Assembly (NCBI GenBank): GCA_964270895.1
Contig: OZ185437.1
Strand: one strand, 5' to 3'
Origin: Podarcis filfolensis
Taxonomy: Eukaryota
DNA length: 64,000 nucleotides
Shown: piece by piece, positions 11,840 through 23,495 of the stretch
Layout: every line of letters begins with the position of its first letter
Position numbering within the stretch: position 1 is the first letter of the stretch
Position numbers and translations under genes: made by a program
Notes under the pieces: model-generated
The model's database searches: none
What the model was told of the DNA's origin: nothing
The model's input: the letters and a program-made list of their open reading frames with translations, nothing else

Positions 11840-11999
11840 AACAAGACCAAAAGTGCAGTACAATGGTTATGCTGGACATGAAAACAGCAATGGACAAGCG
11901 TCATTTGAAAATCCTATGTATGATACAAACTTAAAACCCACAGAGGCAAAAGCTGTGAGGTTTGACACAACTCTGAACACAGTTTGTACAGTGGTATAG
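11840..11999 (+). CDS. CSMD1: CSMD1 last coding exon (cytoplasmic tail) with stop TAG
   Basis: Pyrimidine-rich acceptor ctctcctccccactccAG. Reads (R)TRPKVQYNGYAGHENSNGQASFENPMYDTNLKPTEAKAVRFDTTLNTVCTVV*, matching the CSMD1 C-terminus rather than CSMD2 or CSMD3. Contains an NPMY (NPxY) motif and a class I PDZ ligand TVV. Confidence 0.98.
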
Positions 12000-13982
12000 C
12001 CTTCAGTGCCCAGTTTGACTGATTCATAGCCATACCTCTGATGGACAAGCAGTAATTCCTTTGGTGCCATATACCAGTTTCCCTTCTCTAGGCTTCGCTG
12101 CTGTAATCTTTTAACATCTACTGGCATAGACGCAGCAAGGCTTTCTGGTGAAACGTCAAGTCTTCTGGGGAATCAAGACCAAGATAATTTCTTCATCTCA
12201 AAGGTGGATTTGAAATACCTGGCTGCATTTGATCCAAATCAAGGCACACTTTGAAGGAAGACTGCCAAGTCATATCCATCTGTCATATTTAAATGCCTCA
12301 GACTTTCACATTTGTAAGTGGCTGGATGCCTTTCAATGCAATCTTCTGGGCACTCGGATCACTCCGTTGGGAACTGTGACAAAAAATAGCACCATAAATT
12401 ATCCCCAGAAATAAGAACATTCAGGAGGAGATTTAAACAACAACAACAAAAAGAAGCTTTCTTGAAGGAGAAGACAAGACAACCTTCCTTGGGGGCTGCA
12501 CACATCTACAAAATGCTTTACCATTGAAATCTTGTCAACTGTTAGAACAACCCTACAGTATATCTCAGATATTCATACATAAGGCAGTCTACAAACTTCC
12601 CAGTCAGCTGTTGTATTGCAAAATGTTAATGCACAATTTTTTGCACTAGTGTGGTATGAATGACTGAGTATGATACTGGTTAAAAACAAAAACAAAATAT
12701 ACAGGGTTTATACACACTATCCATTGTATATAAGCATTTACTCAACTTTTTTTTTTGTCCTGTGACGCATTCCATAATAATTTTACCCAGCACGTATGTT
12801 ATACAATGACTCCTTCCTCTATTCCTGGCAGAGTGACTTGTGACTATGAAGAGACTATATTTTGGTTTATTTTCCATGTAAACTCCAGTACAACCCAGCC
12901 AGATTTTGGGGGTGGGGGGTGGGAAGCCCGTGTTTACAAATCTTCATTCCCAGCCTTGCTTCCGTTTTCTCTCTCACTTCATTCATTCTTTTTTTCTCAG
13001 CATCATACTCTGTAACAGCAGGGGAGTCAGGCAGCTACTGCTGCTTGCCATGTACAAAATGTGAATAGTAATTTATTTTAGATAGTTCATAAAGCCTGTG
13101 GGCCCGTGCTCACAATACAGTCTTCCCTTTTGCATTTGTTTGCCATCTTTTTTTTCCACGTGGAACTACATTGTTTTCTAATGTTACATAGAACTTACAA
13201 ATGCATTGCAAGAGAGTATGTAAAACTCGAGCCACATCCAACATGCAAGCCGCCACTGCAACCACTACGCTTTCCAATGGGGTGTCTGTATGTGTGTGAG
13301 TGTGTGAATGTCTTTGTTGGCTACATTTTTAACCAATACTGCTTGATGCTTTTGTAATCACACAGCTTGACAGAGCAAGTTTGAGATGTACGTGGAAAAA
13401 CTCCTCAAAGTTACTGTAGCAAGGGTTGCCGCTAGCTTCTCAAAACGAAAATGGGGACATGGCAAAATTAACTGACAGGTTGTTGATTCACCCAAGTCTT
13501 TTACCTATAGTACTAACTCATGGGTGGCACAGAGAGAAGGATAAGAAAACTATGGGGATAGCTGTGGCATGATTAGACCTCTGTTGCTGCCTACTCCTCA
13601 GCTCAGTAGGCTAGGGTGAAAACCAGAAACAATGGAGCTAGAGTGGCACTAGTACATATTCTGACCTTCCTTTATGTCAGAACTTTCCAAAAATGTTGGC
13701 CGCACCCACACTAATTTAATCAAACCAACTATGTTGCATTTCAAAAATTATATTCAGTTTTATACTGTATTTCTATTGCTTTCCGACAGAGGGACAAACA
13801 CCATTGTACGTCGCCAATGATTTGCCACCTGACTTTTAAAAACAAACAAACAGAATTATTTATATTAATATTCTGACACCTTCACATCAAGTACACAGGC
13901 CAGGTTCCAAAAACCTGCACTACTGGTTCCACACACCGAAAGGATCTTTGGAGTCGTGTTTCCCAAACATTACCCCCAGAAA

Positions 13983-14039
13983 GTCAAACCACTTTTGGCG
14001 AGGCTTTCATATGTCAAACCACTTTTGGCGAGGCTTTCA
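13983..14039. repeat. 27-bp perfect duplication (period 30) in the 3' UTR
   Basis: GTCAAACCACTTTTGGCGAGGCTTTCA at 13983 and 14013. Confidence 0.95.
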
Positions 14040-15289
14040 AAAGCAGGTTGTCATACGGCAGGGGCAATTTTTATTCCTTGTTCAAAGTGGGGGGGAGGCA
14101 GGAATTCCACTGGGCACATTCAAGCCCTTGGGCAACTCAAGTAGCTCTTTGGATCCAGTCCATTATGAACCCCGACACCAAACTAAACCAATCACCAAAA
14201 ATAAGCATTAGCAGAAAATAATAGATATCAGTTTATGTTAAATAGCAAGAAAAAGTTTGCAGGGCAATCTTTGATCAAAGTAGAAAAACTTACATGGTTT
14301 TTGATGGAAGATACCAGCAATGCCAATAAGTTTAGCTTCTTCATCTCTTTTTTTAACAAAAAAATGTTTAATATTAGAAACCTTGGCACTGTCTGGACAT
14401 TTGTGCTTTGCTTTAGAAGCAGATTACTTTTTTATTATCTCACGTGCATTTACAATTTTATATGATATCTGACAGATTTGGGCATTCTCTGGAAGGACAA
14501 CAGTGATCAGAACAAAATAGCCCTCCTTTCATAAAGAGGCATTGCTTCCAGTGTAGATTGCACCGTTGTATACTGGAGAACGGGAAACACTGAATTGCTG
14601 CCTCTGAAGTCACTTTATTGGTGATGGCAGATGTAACCAAAGTCATTTGGGTGGGGGGGGGGGAGAGAATACAAAATATGAAGGGAGAATGGGTTTGGGT
14701 TCTCCCCCAACCCCAATTCTTACCCTGTCTGGATGAAGCGTAAGAAGAAGGAAAGTTTTGTAAAATAGTGTTACCACCCTATGTTCTGGATTGGGAGATC
14801 CAAGTGCACTTATCTGCACGCATGGATCTCTTGTATATTGCAGAGTGGGGAGCTGGTTCATTTCAATGGACTGGGCTGCACATGAGAAAGCAAGTCTGCG
14901 CATGGGTTGGCTCCATTCACTGTAATGAGCTGGGGGAGCGTTTCAGACAAAGGAGCTCCATGGATGAGCCAGAAGAATTCATTAGAGCACGGTTTTCAAC
15001 TTTTCATTCTTCAGAATCTGAAAATCCTAACTTGATTTATTCTAGGGAAGTATAATTAAACAAGAAATAAGGCTGTTCACATTAGAATAATAAACCATCA
15101 ACATATTTTTTTTTTTACTTAACGGAGGCAAAACAACCATTTCTCTCTGATATGCTCCAATCTTCAGTTGTTACTGAACTTCTCATCTGCAGTGTCACTC
15201 ATTTCAGTGAAACTACAGAACAAAACATTGGTTTGTACCCACACAGCATATCTAGAGATACAGCCCTACCTAATAAAATAGGTCCATGG

Positions 15290-15290
<1 letters not shown>

Positions 15291-15329
<39 letters not shown>
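15291..15329. repeat. (TG)n microsatellite in the 3' UTR
   Basis: About 19 TG units. Confidence 0.97.
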
Positions 15330-15331
<2 letters not shown>

Positions 15332-16285
15332 CCCCCTTTGTCACCTCTGTGCCTATCTCTTGAAGGTTTTCTGTTCCCTTTGGTTTTGTTACAGTTGTGT
15401 TGGATTGCACACTGACCAGGTTAAATCTTCCATTTCTAACACTCCTTTTCAGGCTCCATGCTTGCCCAGACATGCATCAGGTGCACCACCCCAACAGCCC
15501 AGATCTTCAAAGTGCCACCCCAAAGTCCATTCACTTGAGTAGAGCCTGAATTGCAGAGTGACTTGAATAGTAAAATTGAGGTCTGTCGTAGTACGGTCAT
15601 GCCAAAGGCAGTATGAAATCTCTGTGATGTGTTTACTGTTGACTCTTTCCCCAGAAAGGACCAGAATGATTATGATAAAGCAAAGGTAAACATACTCAAA
15701 GAAAGAACAATCAAAAACAGGTTATGTGCTTCAAAGCTGTTTAAATCTGCTGCTTGTATCACCCATCTTGCCTTTCTCCAGGCTAGCTGCAATAATTTTT
15801 TTCTTCTGTAATATATTTTGTAAACAAAACAAAAAAAGCTGTTATTAAAGAAGGGGGGAGGGGGGAAAGCTGGCATTACGATCAAATCAATCTAATTTTC
15901 ATTCCCAGTACTCCATTTTGCCATTTCACGACATGCTGCTGTGACATGAAGTAGGTGCAAAAGAACTTTTTTGTACAGAGATATATTTTTTATGAAAAAT
16001 TTGTAAAATTATTAAATATGCTGTACTTTTTGATTAATGTAGGTAAATTGTTAAAAAAATGTTTTTACAATACAAAAAGAGAAGAAAAAAATCCTGTAAT
16101 TTTTTCCCAATACTGTAAAATGCACCATCTTTAGCTGAATTTTCAGTTCTGAACCTATTACACTTGTATTAATATTAAAGTGGCCTGTTTAAAATATACA
16201 GTAATTTTTTTGGCAAAAGAAGTATAAAAGACTGTAATATAGCCTGTGCAATGCCACCTATCTTGAAAGCAAATTCAAAGTTCTA

Positions 16286-16291
16286 ATTAAA
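16286..16291 (+). terminator. Probable distal polyadenylation signal (ATTAAA) of CSMD1
   Basis: ATTAAA in ttctaATTAAAtatttaattttagatttc, followed by a GT/T-rich downstream element (tgtgtagcactgtactgttc). Confidence 0.55.
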
Positions 16292-18419
16292 TATTTAATT
16301 TTAGATTTCCAGATTACTGTGTAGCACTGTACTGTTCTTATAGTCTTATTTTATTCTCTTGAAATTGAAGAATTTCTACTAACCAAGTTTAAAAGAAGGT
16401 ACTTGTGTAAATGTAGGGCCATACTGACATCAGAGTTTCCTACTCAAAGTGATGTGCCTTTATATGTCTGAAGAAATACGTCTATTTCTATGAAGTGTTA
16501 TTTGCCTCCTCGTATCTTTGGGCACAAAATCTGTGGAATATTTTCACTATCCTTACTTCTCTTATTTACAATTCCTGCACTTCTTGGAAAAGTCATGTAC
16601 ATTGTGAATTATTCAGAGGTTATGCCATGTTTCTGGACACTTCCAGACTGCCACTGTTTTGTGAGTGGAACTCAAACACATTCTGACAAATTAAGGCTGC
16701 ACAATTAAAATGGAATTTGCAGTCTTGCACAACAATCCGCTCATCCCTAATGAACTTTTTGTGGTAAAAGAAGGTGGTGGGAAAATAAATACACTAGAAA
16801 GTGTGAGAGAGTAATAATCGCTTGGCAAAGCATCATATAACCTCCCCACAAATAAATGAGAACAAATGCTCAATAAACTGGTCACCTCGAAGCAACCTCA
16901 GATGGTGTCCCAGTTTCCATTCCTTTTTGTACCCCTTGCCTTAAACACACCCACAATTTGTGAAAGGGAGAAGAAATACACCTGGATGTACAAGCTCTCA
17001 TGCATAGACTACCCTAAAAAATGCCAGCAACAGGCTGCTTTGCTTGTTTAGGTTGCATGTTAGGATTTGCCAAAATGTCACCCAATCCAGCTCCAGGAGC
17101 CCAAGGAAAGAAAGCATATAAGCACACATCAACATAACTTTTTAGACCCAAAACATTTCAATTAGGCACCGTGTAACAAAGGCACTCTTGTGTTCTCCAA
17201 GTGACAAACTGGACTACTTGTGCAAAGTGATGCACATCATCATTAATGAAAGGATAAACAGGATTGGCTTGAAATGAATGGACCTGAATTTTTGCATTTT
17301 TGGGGTAGCTTACCCAGTCAAGATAAAATAGGAGGGATCTTCTAGGGGTAGAGGTGTCAACTGACCTCAAATGATGTGGAATGCTCATCTCTTACCTTTT
17401 ACTGTTTTTTCTGTTTTACAGATTTAAAAGCACACTTATCATCATTCAGTAAGAGAGAAAGCAGCTCTTTAAAATAAGAGGACACCATTGTTATCCTCCC
17501 ATAAGGCACTGGGATGATGGCAGCTAACAGCCAGTTGACCTGAGGATGGCTCTCTCTCCACCTCATATTCTCTCCTCACCCCCCACCCCAAATATCAAGA
17601 CAGTGCACTTTTTAAAACTGAAAAGGAAAACACAGAAGAGCTCAAGATAGTTCCCCGCCTGAAGCATAACAAAACTGACATCCTGCTTCTCTGCCCCTGA
17701 AGAGGATGGGGAAATGGCTCCTTTAGCTCTAAGAAATGCACATCCCACTGAGAGCTTGTGTCGTGTTGATAGATATCCTGACTCAATTGAATGCTTAGCT
17801 CTCTGGTTTTCTCCTGTGTGCACCTTGTACAAGTGTTTGCACATTCAGCCACAAATTCCCCCCCAGCAGAAAGTACATTGGACATAAGGTAGGCTTGGTC
17901 TAATCAAATAATGGCAAAAAAAATCCTGCATAAAAACCCTGGAGTTGACAGATTGCCACAGCATCTGTTACCATTCCATAGCACCTTCACGATCTGTTTA
18001 GAATGTGGATATACATTATATTTTACAGTATAGTTGAACAGCCGATTTGGCTGAATTCCAAATTGGACTGATTCTGAATCAGATTGAGGCAGCTGGTACT
18101 GAACTGGAATGACCCAAATTGATTTGGGCCTCAGAACGATCTGTAAGAGAGCCATATAGCTAAAATGTCACAAAAACGCAAGATACCATCTATTTAATCC
18201 CCTCTCAAGGAGCTACCATGCCTCCAAGTTGTATACACTTACATTAAAAACAAGAAAGTGATGTCCTTTTTACCTTTGAATTTGCTTTATTTTATTTGGG
18301 GGATTTTAAAGATCAAAAAAACCCGTTTGATCTACCTGCTGACAATTTCCACGGTTAATTCCCTCTTGAGAGGCCACCATGTCGCCAAAATTCAGGCACC
18401 TATGTGAAAAACTAAATTT

Positions 18420-18642
18420 CAGTGGAACTTCGTGTTATGGATGGAATCTGTTCTGGAGACCCGTCCGTAACACAGAACTGACACAAGCCAAAGTGCCGCA
18501 TCTGCGCTTGCGCAAGGTGTGATTTAGCACTTCTGCGCATGCGCCGAAACTCGGAAGTAACCTGTTCTGGTACTTCTGGGTTGCCGTAGGACGCAACACA
18601 AAAACACGTAACCTGAAGCAGACACAACATGAGGTATGACTG
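18420..18642. mobile_element. Tigger-like MITE (eroded TA flanks)
   Basis: CAGTGGAACTTC ... GAGGTATGACTG; internal gcgcatgcgc/cggaagt core similar to 10113-10341. Confidence 0.6.
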
Positions 18643-18754
18643 TGTTATGTTTTTAATGGCTTCCTAATTAAAGTAAAGGGAAGGACCAAAGGTTTGGATT
18701 TGGGATCTGACTTTAGTTTGGGGTCTAACTAAAGTCAGATCTTTCCAAATTGTT

Positions 18755-18895
18755 CATAGAATCATAGGACTGGAGAGTTGGAAGGGGCCACAAGGATCAT
18801 CTAGTCCAACCCCCTGCGATGCAGGAATCTTCTGCCCAATGGGAGGCTCAAACCTATGACCCTGAATCTCATGCTCTACTGACTGAGCAATCCCA
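18755..18895 (-). mobile_element. tRNA-Lys-headed SINE with CR1-like 3' tail (P.s.1/POM-like)
   Basis: Minus strand: GCTCAGTCAGTAGAGCATGAGA...GGTTTGAGCC head, then GGTTGGACTAGATGATC...CCCTTCCAACTC...TATGATTCTATG CR1-type end. Similar copies at 59014-59158 (-) and ~22160-22245 (+). Confidence 0.75.
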
Positions 18896-19217
18896 TCAGA
18901 TTGTGGCCATGGTCCATGCAAAGTAAGGCACATTTCAATGAGCCACCCTTTCTTTCAATCGAGAGACTGAAGCACTTGCTTAAAGCTCTCCTACTTGAAT
19001 GAACAGGATTGTAAAAGTATTTCAGCTGAATTGTATTCAGTGGCCTTTACTGAATAACATTAAGAATCTTCTTTTTCATTTATTTGGACAACCTTCTTCT
19101 CTATCAATAGAACCACCCCCACCTCCATCAGGATAATAGCATCGCACACTTTGTGAAACAAGGAAGCATTTTTATTTTTTGCACCTGCTTATTCCATAAC
19201 AAAATATTATCTACTAA

Positions 19218-19446
19218 GCTTGGATCCTAGAAGAATAGGCAGGTAGGATCCTAGAATGCAACAACTGATTGGCTTGCAGGAGAAGACCAATCAGGCTCCA
19301 GAAGGGAAGCAGAATCAGCCAATCGGATGGGACTCAGTGTGTAAATAATGTATATAAAAGCCTGAGGTTTTGGGGGAAATTTAGTCACTGTTTTACAAGC
19401 TGCAATAAAGAGCATGAAATCACTGCAGGACTCCGAGTATATTTCA
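19218..19446 (+). mobile_element. Short solo LTR
   Basis: Repeated CCAAT/ATTGG boxes, TATATAAAAG (~19350), AATAAA (~19404), ends TATTTCA. The 5' boundary is uncertain. Confidence 0.55.
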
Positions 19447-19703
19447 CAAAATGTGGCTCACAAATGCACCTCTCAGATATTCTGTGACCGGTGATGTCCA
19501 AAACCCCCCACAAAAACACACAATTAAAGCAGTCCAAGTAGGAAGCAGAGAAATTAACCACGAGGGAGATAGATATTCTGGCTACTGCAAAAAAAGAAAA
19601 TAATTTAGAATGGGAAAACCATACTAATCTTCTTTGTATCATTCCAACTTTAGTATATGTGCTGCCGAAGCACCATTAGATTCATTCAAACTATGTTTAA
19701 CGC

Positions 19704-19766
19704 AGAAGAAGAAGAAGAAGAAGAAGAAGAAGAAGAAGAAGAAGAAGAAGAAGAAGAAGAAGAAGA
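19704..19766. repeat. (GAA)21 microsatellite
   Basis: 63-nt uninterrupted AGA/GAA run. Confidence 0.98.
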
Positions 19767-21399
19767 TTGATCTTACCAGGAACTCCACTTTCAAACAGAC
19801 TGTAAATGTTCACTGTGTGGTTTCTCCCTACATGACTTTCTTAATAGCTTGTAAAACTTAAAATGTCTGTATATCTATTATGTTAACAAAGAGTATTTTT
19901 AAATAAGCATTTTGTTTTAAGTATCCTAGGTATACTATAATTTTTAAAACTAGATCCTCCAATTACTAGATCTCAGAGCCGTAATGCCTTCAGAAGAAAA
20001 CCTGGCTGCTGTGGATGACACTTCAAGGTGACAGCTGGGCAGGTAATCAGATGCAATGAGTTCCTCTTGGTTAGCTCCTTCTTTGATCCTTCCCTAGCCT
20101 GTCTCCTAAGATTCCTATGGGATTAGCAGTAGCTGTTTATGCAACTGTGGAAAGAGTAAGAACATAAAGAGTCCTGCTAGGTAAAATCAGAGGTCTAAAT
20201 TCTAGGCCAACCTTCTCCAACCTAGTGTGCTCCAGTTTTCTCAGACTGCAGCTCTAACCATTGCCCACGCTGTCTGGAGTGGATGAGAGTTGAAAACATT
20301 TAAAGGGCGCCTGTTGGGGAGACTGATTGAGACCAAACATCCACTTCTCAACGGCAGGCAGCTAGATGCACCCAGGAATGTGACTAAAAAGGAAATGAGC
20401 AAAATGACCGAAATAATGCATTGGGAATCTGAAAAGGGTAGTGCAGAGAGATTAGTTGGGGTGCAGAAATGGGGGGCTATGTGATGCATCGGAGGAGAGA
20501 GGGAGGGAGGCAATGAATCATAAATAATCTGGATATAGAGGTTAGCTGGCCAGCTTTGTGGAACATGCTCTATGGCTGTGTTCACCCTTCTCTTGTTGCA
20601 TTTCCACTGCTGGTTTTTTAATCCATGTCCACACACCATTATCCAAAATGCATATGCACCCTGTACTTAGTTATGAGATACTACTGTTTTATGTGTTGTT
20701 TCTTAAACCAGCTTCCCATCGACTGGAGTCCTTAACCCGTTCACAATGCACCTCTAGCCAAGATGTGAACATCTTTTTGTAGGTAAAAGACACCCTCGCT
20801 CTGTCAACGCCCTCTGATGTGTACACAAAGAGGGGAAGTATTGAAGCAGTGCTTGCGTGAACAGAGAGGGGGGAAAGAGCTGTGAAATGCAATGGAAAAA
20901 AGAACTTCATTGCATTCTTAAGGTGGTAATGTGAATGCACCCTATACACACATGAAGTACATTTTTGCCCTCAAGGAATTATGAGCACTGTAGTTTACAA
21001 CTCACAGAGTTACAATTTCCAGCAACCCATTGCCCAGAATTCTCCGTGGGACAAAATGTGTTTTGAACGTGCTTTAAATGTGTAGTGCATACACAGTCAT
21101 ACAGCTCGGGCTTAACAAAAGGAAACATTTTTGGTGTTCAGGGACTTCTTAAAACTGTTCTGAGTTTTACAGTAGGGTAAGTAGTTTGCCTGAATAGATT
21201 TGCCCTGCCCTGGAAATGACATTTTAATAAAGGTGGAGGGTGCTTTCAAAGACTTAACACATTCCCCCCCCCCTTCTGTCTGTTTTGAATTCCTTTGAAG
21301 TCTGAGGAATGATGAGATAGTGACATCCTTTCATTTGCTGAGCTGCCTAGTGCTGTGGCAGATTTGCCTCAGGTTGCCTGCTCTACTTTATCATTCTTA

Positions 21400-21404
<5 letters not shown>

Positions 21405-21448
<44 letters not shown>
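21405..21448. repeat. (CA)22 microsatellite
   Basis: Direct reading. Confidence 0.97.
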
Positions 21449-21450
<2 letters not shown>

Positions 21451-22713
21451 TTGTTGACCTTGTTCGGTAAAGTGACATTCAACTATTGCCTTTTAGTGAA
21501 ATGAAGTAGTACTTATGATCACTCTCTATCTAGCTCACCTAAATAGACCTACAACAACCCACTTTCCTTGCCTTCACTGTCCTATTAACCCCAGAATATA
21601 GGGACAAGGTGCCATGTGGTATCTGGGAGAACGTAGTGTTGGCATTGAGGGATGACACGAATTTCCAACAATTCAAACACCATCCATCATGAAGTCACAT
21701 CTATGGTTGGAGTCTCGCTTATGTCTGTAAATGTTTTCATTTCTGAACCTAAGCAGTTTAACCTTAAGATGGTCTTCTTCCAGTCGTCAGCAATAGGGAG
21801 AATGCACTGTGAGGGTATTCTATATAAAACTATCTAACAAGTTTGATAGGTGGTGAGGGGTGGGGGTTATTCTTTCCCCAACATTACCTAACCTACTTCT
21901 CATGGAAAAAGAAGCAGATGCCTCATACTGCATCAGACTGTTTATCCATCCAGCTCAATGGTTCTGACTTTCAATTAGAGATGGGTGGATTTCTTAGAGC
22001 ATTCTTTAGATTAACTCAAAAATTGCCTGAGTTCTTACACAGTGGGGGGGGGGGAGTGGAGTAGGGACAAAATCAGAGGAGGAGGGAGGTGAACTCAGTT
22101 CTCACTGGTCCTCAGTGTGGGTCTGGCCACCACTCTGCCACCCACTGATTTTCTTCTTGAGATCCCTCATAAGGGATGACTGCATATTCCTGCTGTGCAG
22201 GATCTGGACTACATGATCCCGAGCGCCCCTTCCAACTCTATGAATGTCCCCGCAAAATGCAGGCTAATAGATGCAAGAGAGAGAACCCTGCCAGGCAAAT
22301 TCGGGAATGAGTAGAAAACCTGCAGGGGCAGAAAGAATGAGAAAAATAACCCAAACAGAGGTTGGTTGGTTTCTTTGTTTGGTTGGTTGGTTTCCCCTCA
22401 TGGAGCCCCCGTTTCCATATTAATGGAGGGATAGGATGAAACAAAAACAAAAACAGCTCCATGAGACTGCATGGGATAGGGCAAAATCAGAGGAACGAAA
22501 CCTGTTCAGAGCATTGGGTCACAGTGCTTCAGTTACAATCAGTGCGTATCACCTAATGTCTTGCTGGAATCTCAGAATGTTTTATATCACAAATGTTCTT
22601 AGGCTTGCTTTTCTTGCACCATAGCTTGTCTGGACAACAATAATGTAGTAGCACTGAAGAAGCATCACACAACAAACGAAAGCAGAATATATTTACCTCT
22701 AATGCATCATTAT

Positions 22714-23064
22714 GGGACACGGGTGGCACTGTGGGTTAAACCACAGAGCCTAGGACTTGCAGATCAGAAGGTTGGCGGTTCGAATCCCCACGATGGGGTG
22801 AGCTCCTGTTGCTTGGTCCCTGCTCCTGCCAACCTAGCAGTTCAAAAGCACGTCAAAGTGCAAGTAGATAAATAGGTAGCGCTCTGGCGGGAAGGTAAAT
22901 GGCGTTTCCGTGTGCTGCTCTGGTTTGCCAGAAGCGGCTTAGTCATGCTGGCCACATGACCCAGAAGTTGTATGCCGGCTCCCTTGGCCAGTAAAGAGAG
23001 ATGGGCGCCACAACCCCAGAGTTGGTCACGACTGGACCTAATGGTCAGAGGTCCCTTTACCTTT
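22714..23064 (+). mobile_element. Sauria SINE, subfamily A
   Basis: Full length; TSD AATGCATCATTAT (22701-22713, 23065-23077); CCTTTACCTTT tail. Confidence 0.93.
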
Positions 23065-23214
23065 AATGCATCATTATTGTGTCAAGAACATGGTGCAGAA
23101 TACACCAGCAATAAAACACCCATCTGGAAGGGTCCTATGAACACCCACCTGTGCCTTATTCAGTCATTGGACTCCTTCCCACCCATTTTTTGTTGTTGAG
23201 ATATTATTTTGATT

Positions 23215-23495
23215 AGTTTCAGGGACTTGACATCTTTCCGCAGGGCCTGCAAGACAGAGCTGTTCCACCAGGCCTTTGGCCAGGGCACAGCCTGACCCCC
23301 TCCTTCGGCAATCTTCGCGGAGCTCTGGCACAATGGTTGCCAGTGGCTTGATTTGAATTAATTTTATAATGAATGATTTTAGAGTGTTGTTTGTGCTGTA
23401 CTTTTGTACTGTTTTATTGTTGTTAGCCGCCCTGAGCCCGGCTTCGGCTGGGGAGGGTGGGATATAAATAAAATTTATTATTATTACTATTATTT
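23215..23495 (+). mobile_element. L2-clade LINE 3' end
   Basis: 'tttccgcagggcctgcaagacagagctgttccaccaggcctttgg' (FRRACKTELFHQAF), then a tail 'gttagccgccctgagccc...gggatataaataaaa(tta)n'. Confidence 0.75.

Larger units (their letters stand above)
12000..16311 (+). other. CSMD1: CSMD1 3' UTR (~4.3 kb, inferred end)
   Basis: Follows the stop codon, is nearly free of recognisable TEs and has AU-rich blocks. Ends with clustered ATTAAA hexamers (16011, 16174, 16286) followed by a GT/T-rich tract. The end position is inferred. Confidence 0.7.

Noticed and set aside
16460-16510. tgtCTGAAGAaatacgtctatttctatGAAgtg resembling a decayed Penelope hammerhead end
   Set aside because: The GAAA box and stem II are disrupted, and there is no flanking PLE similarity I can verify.
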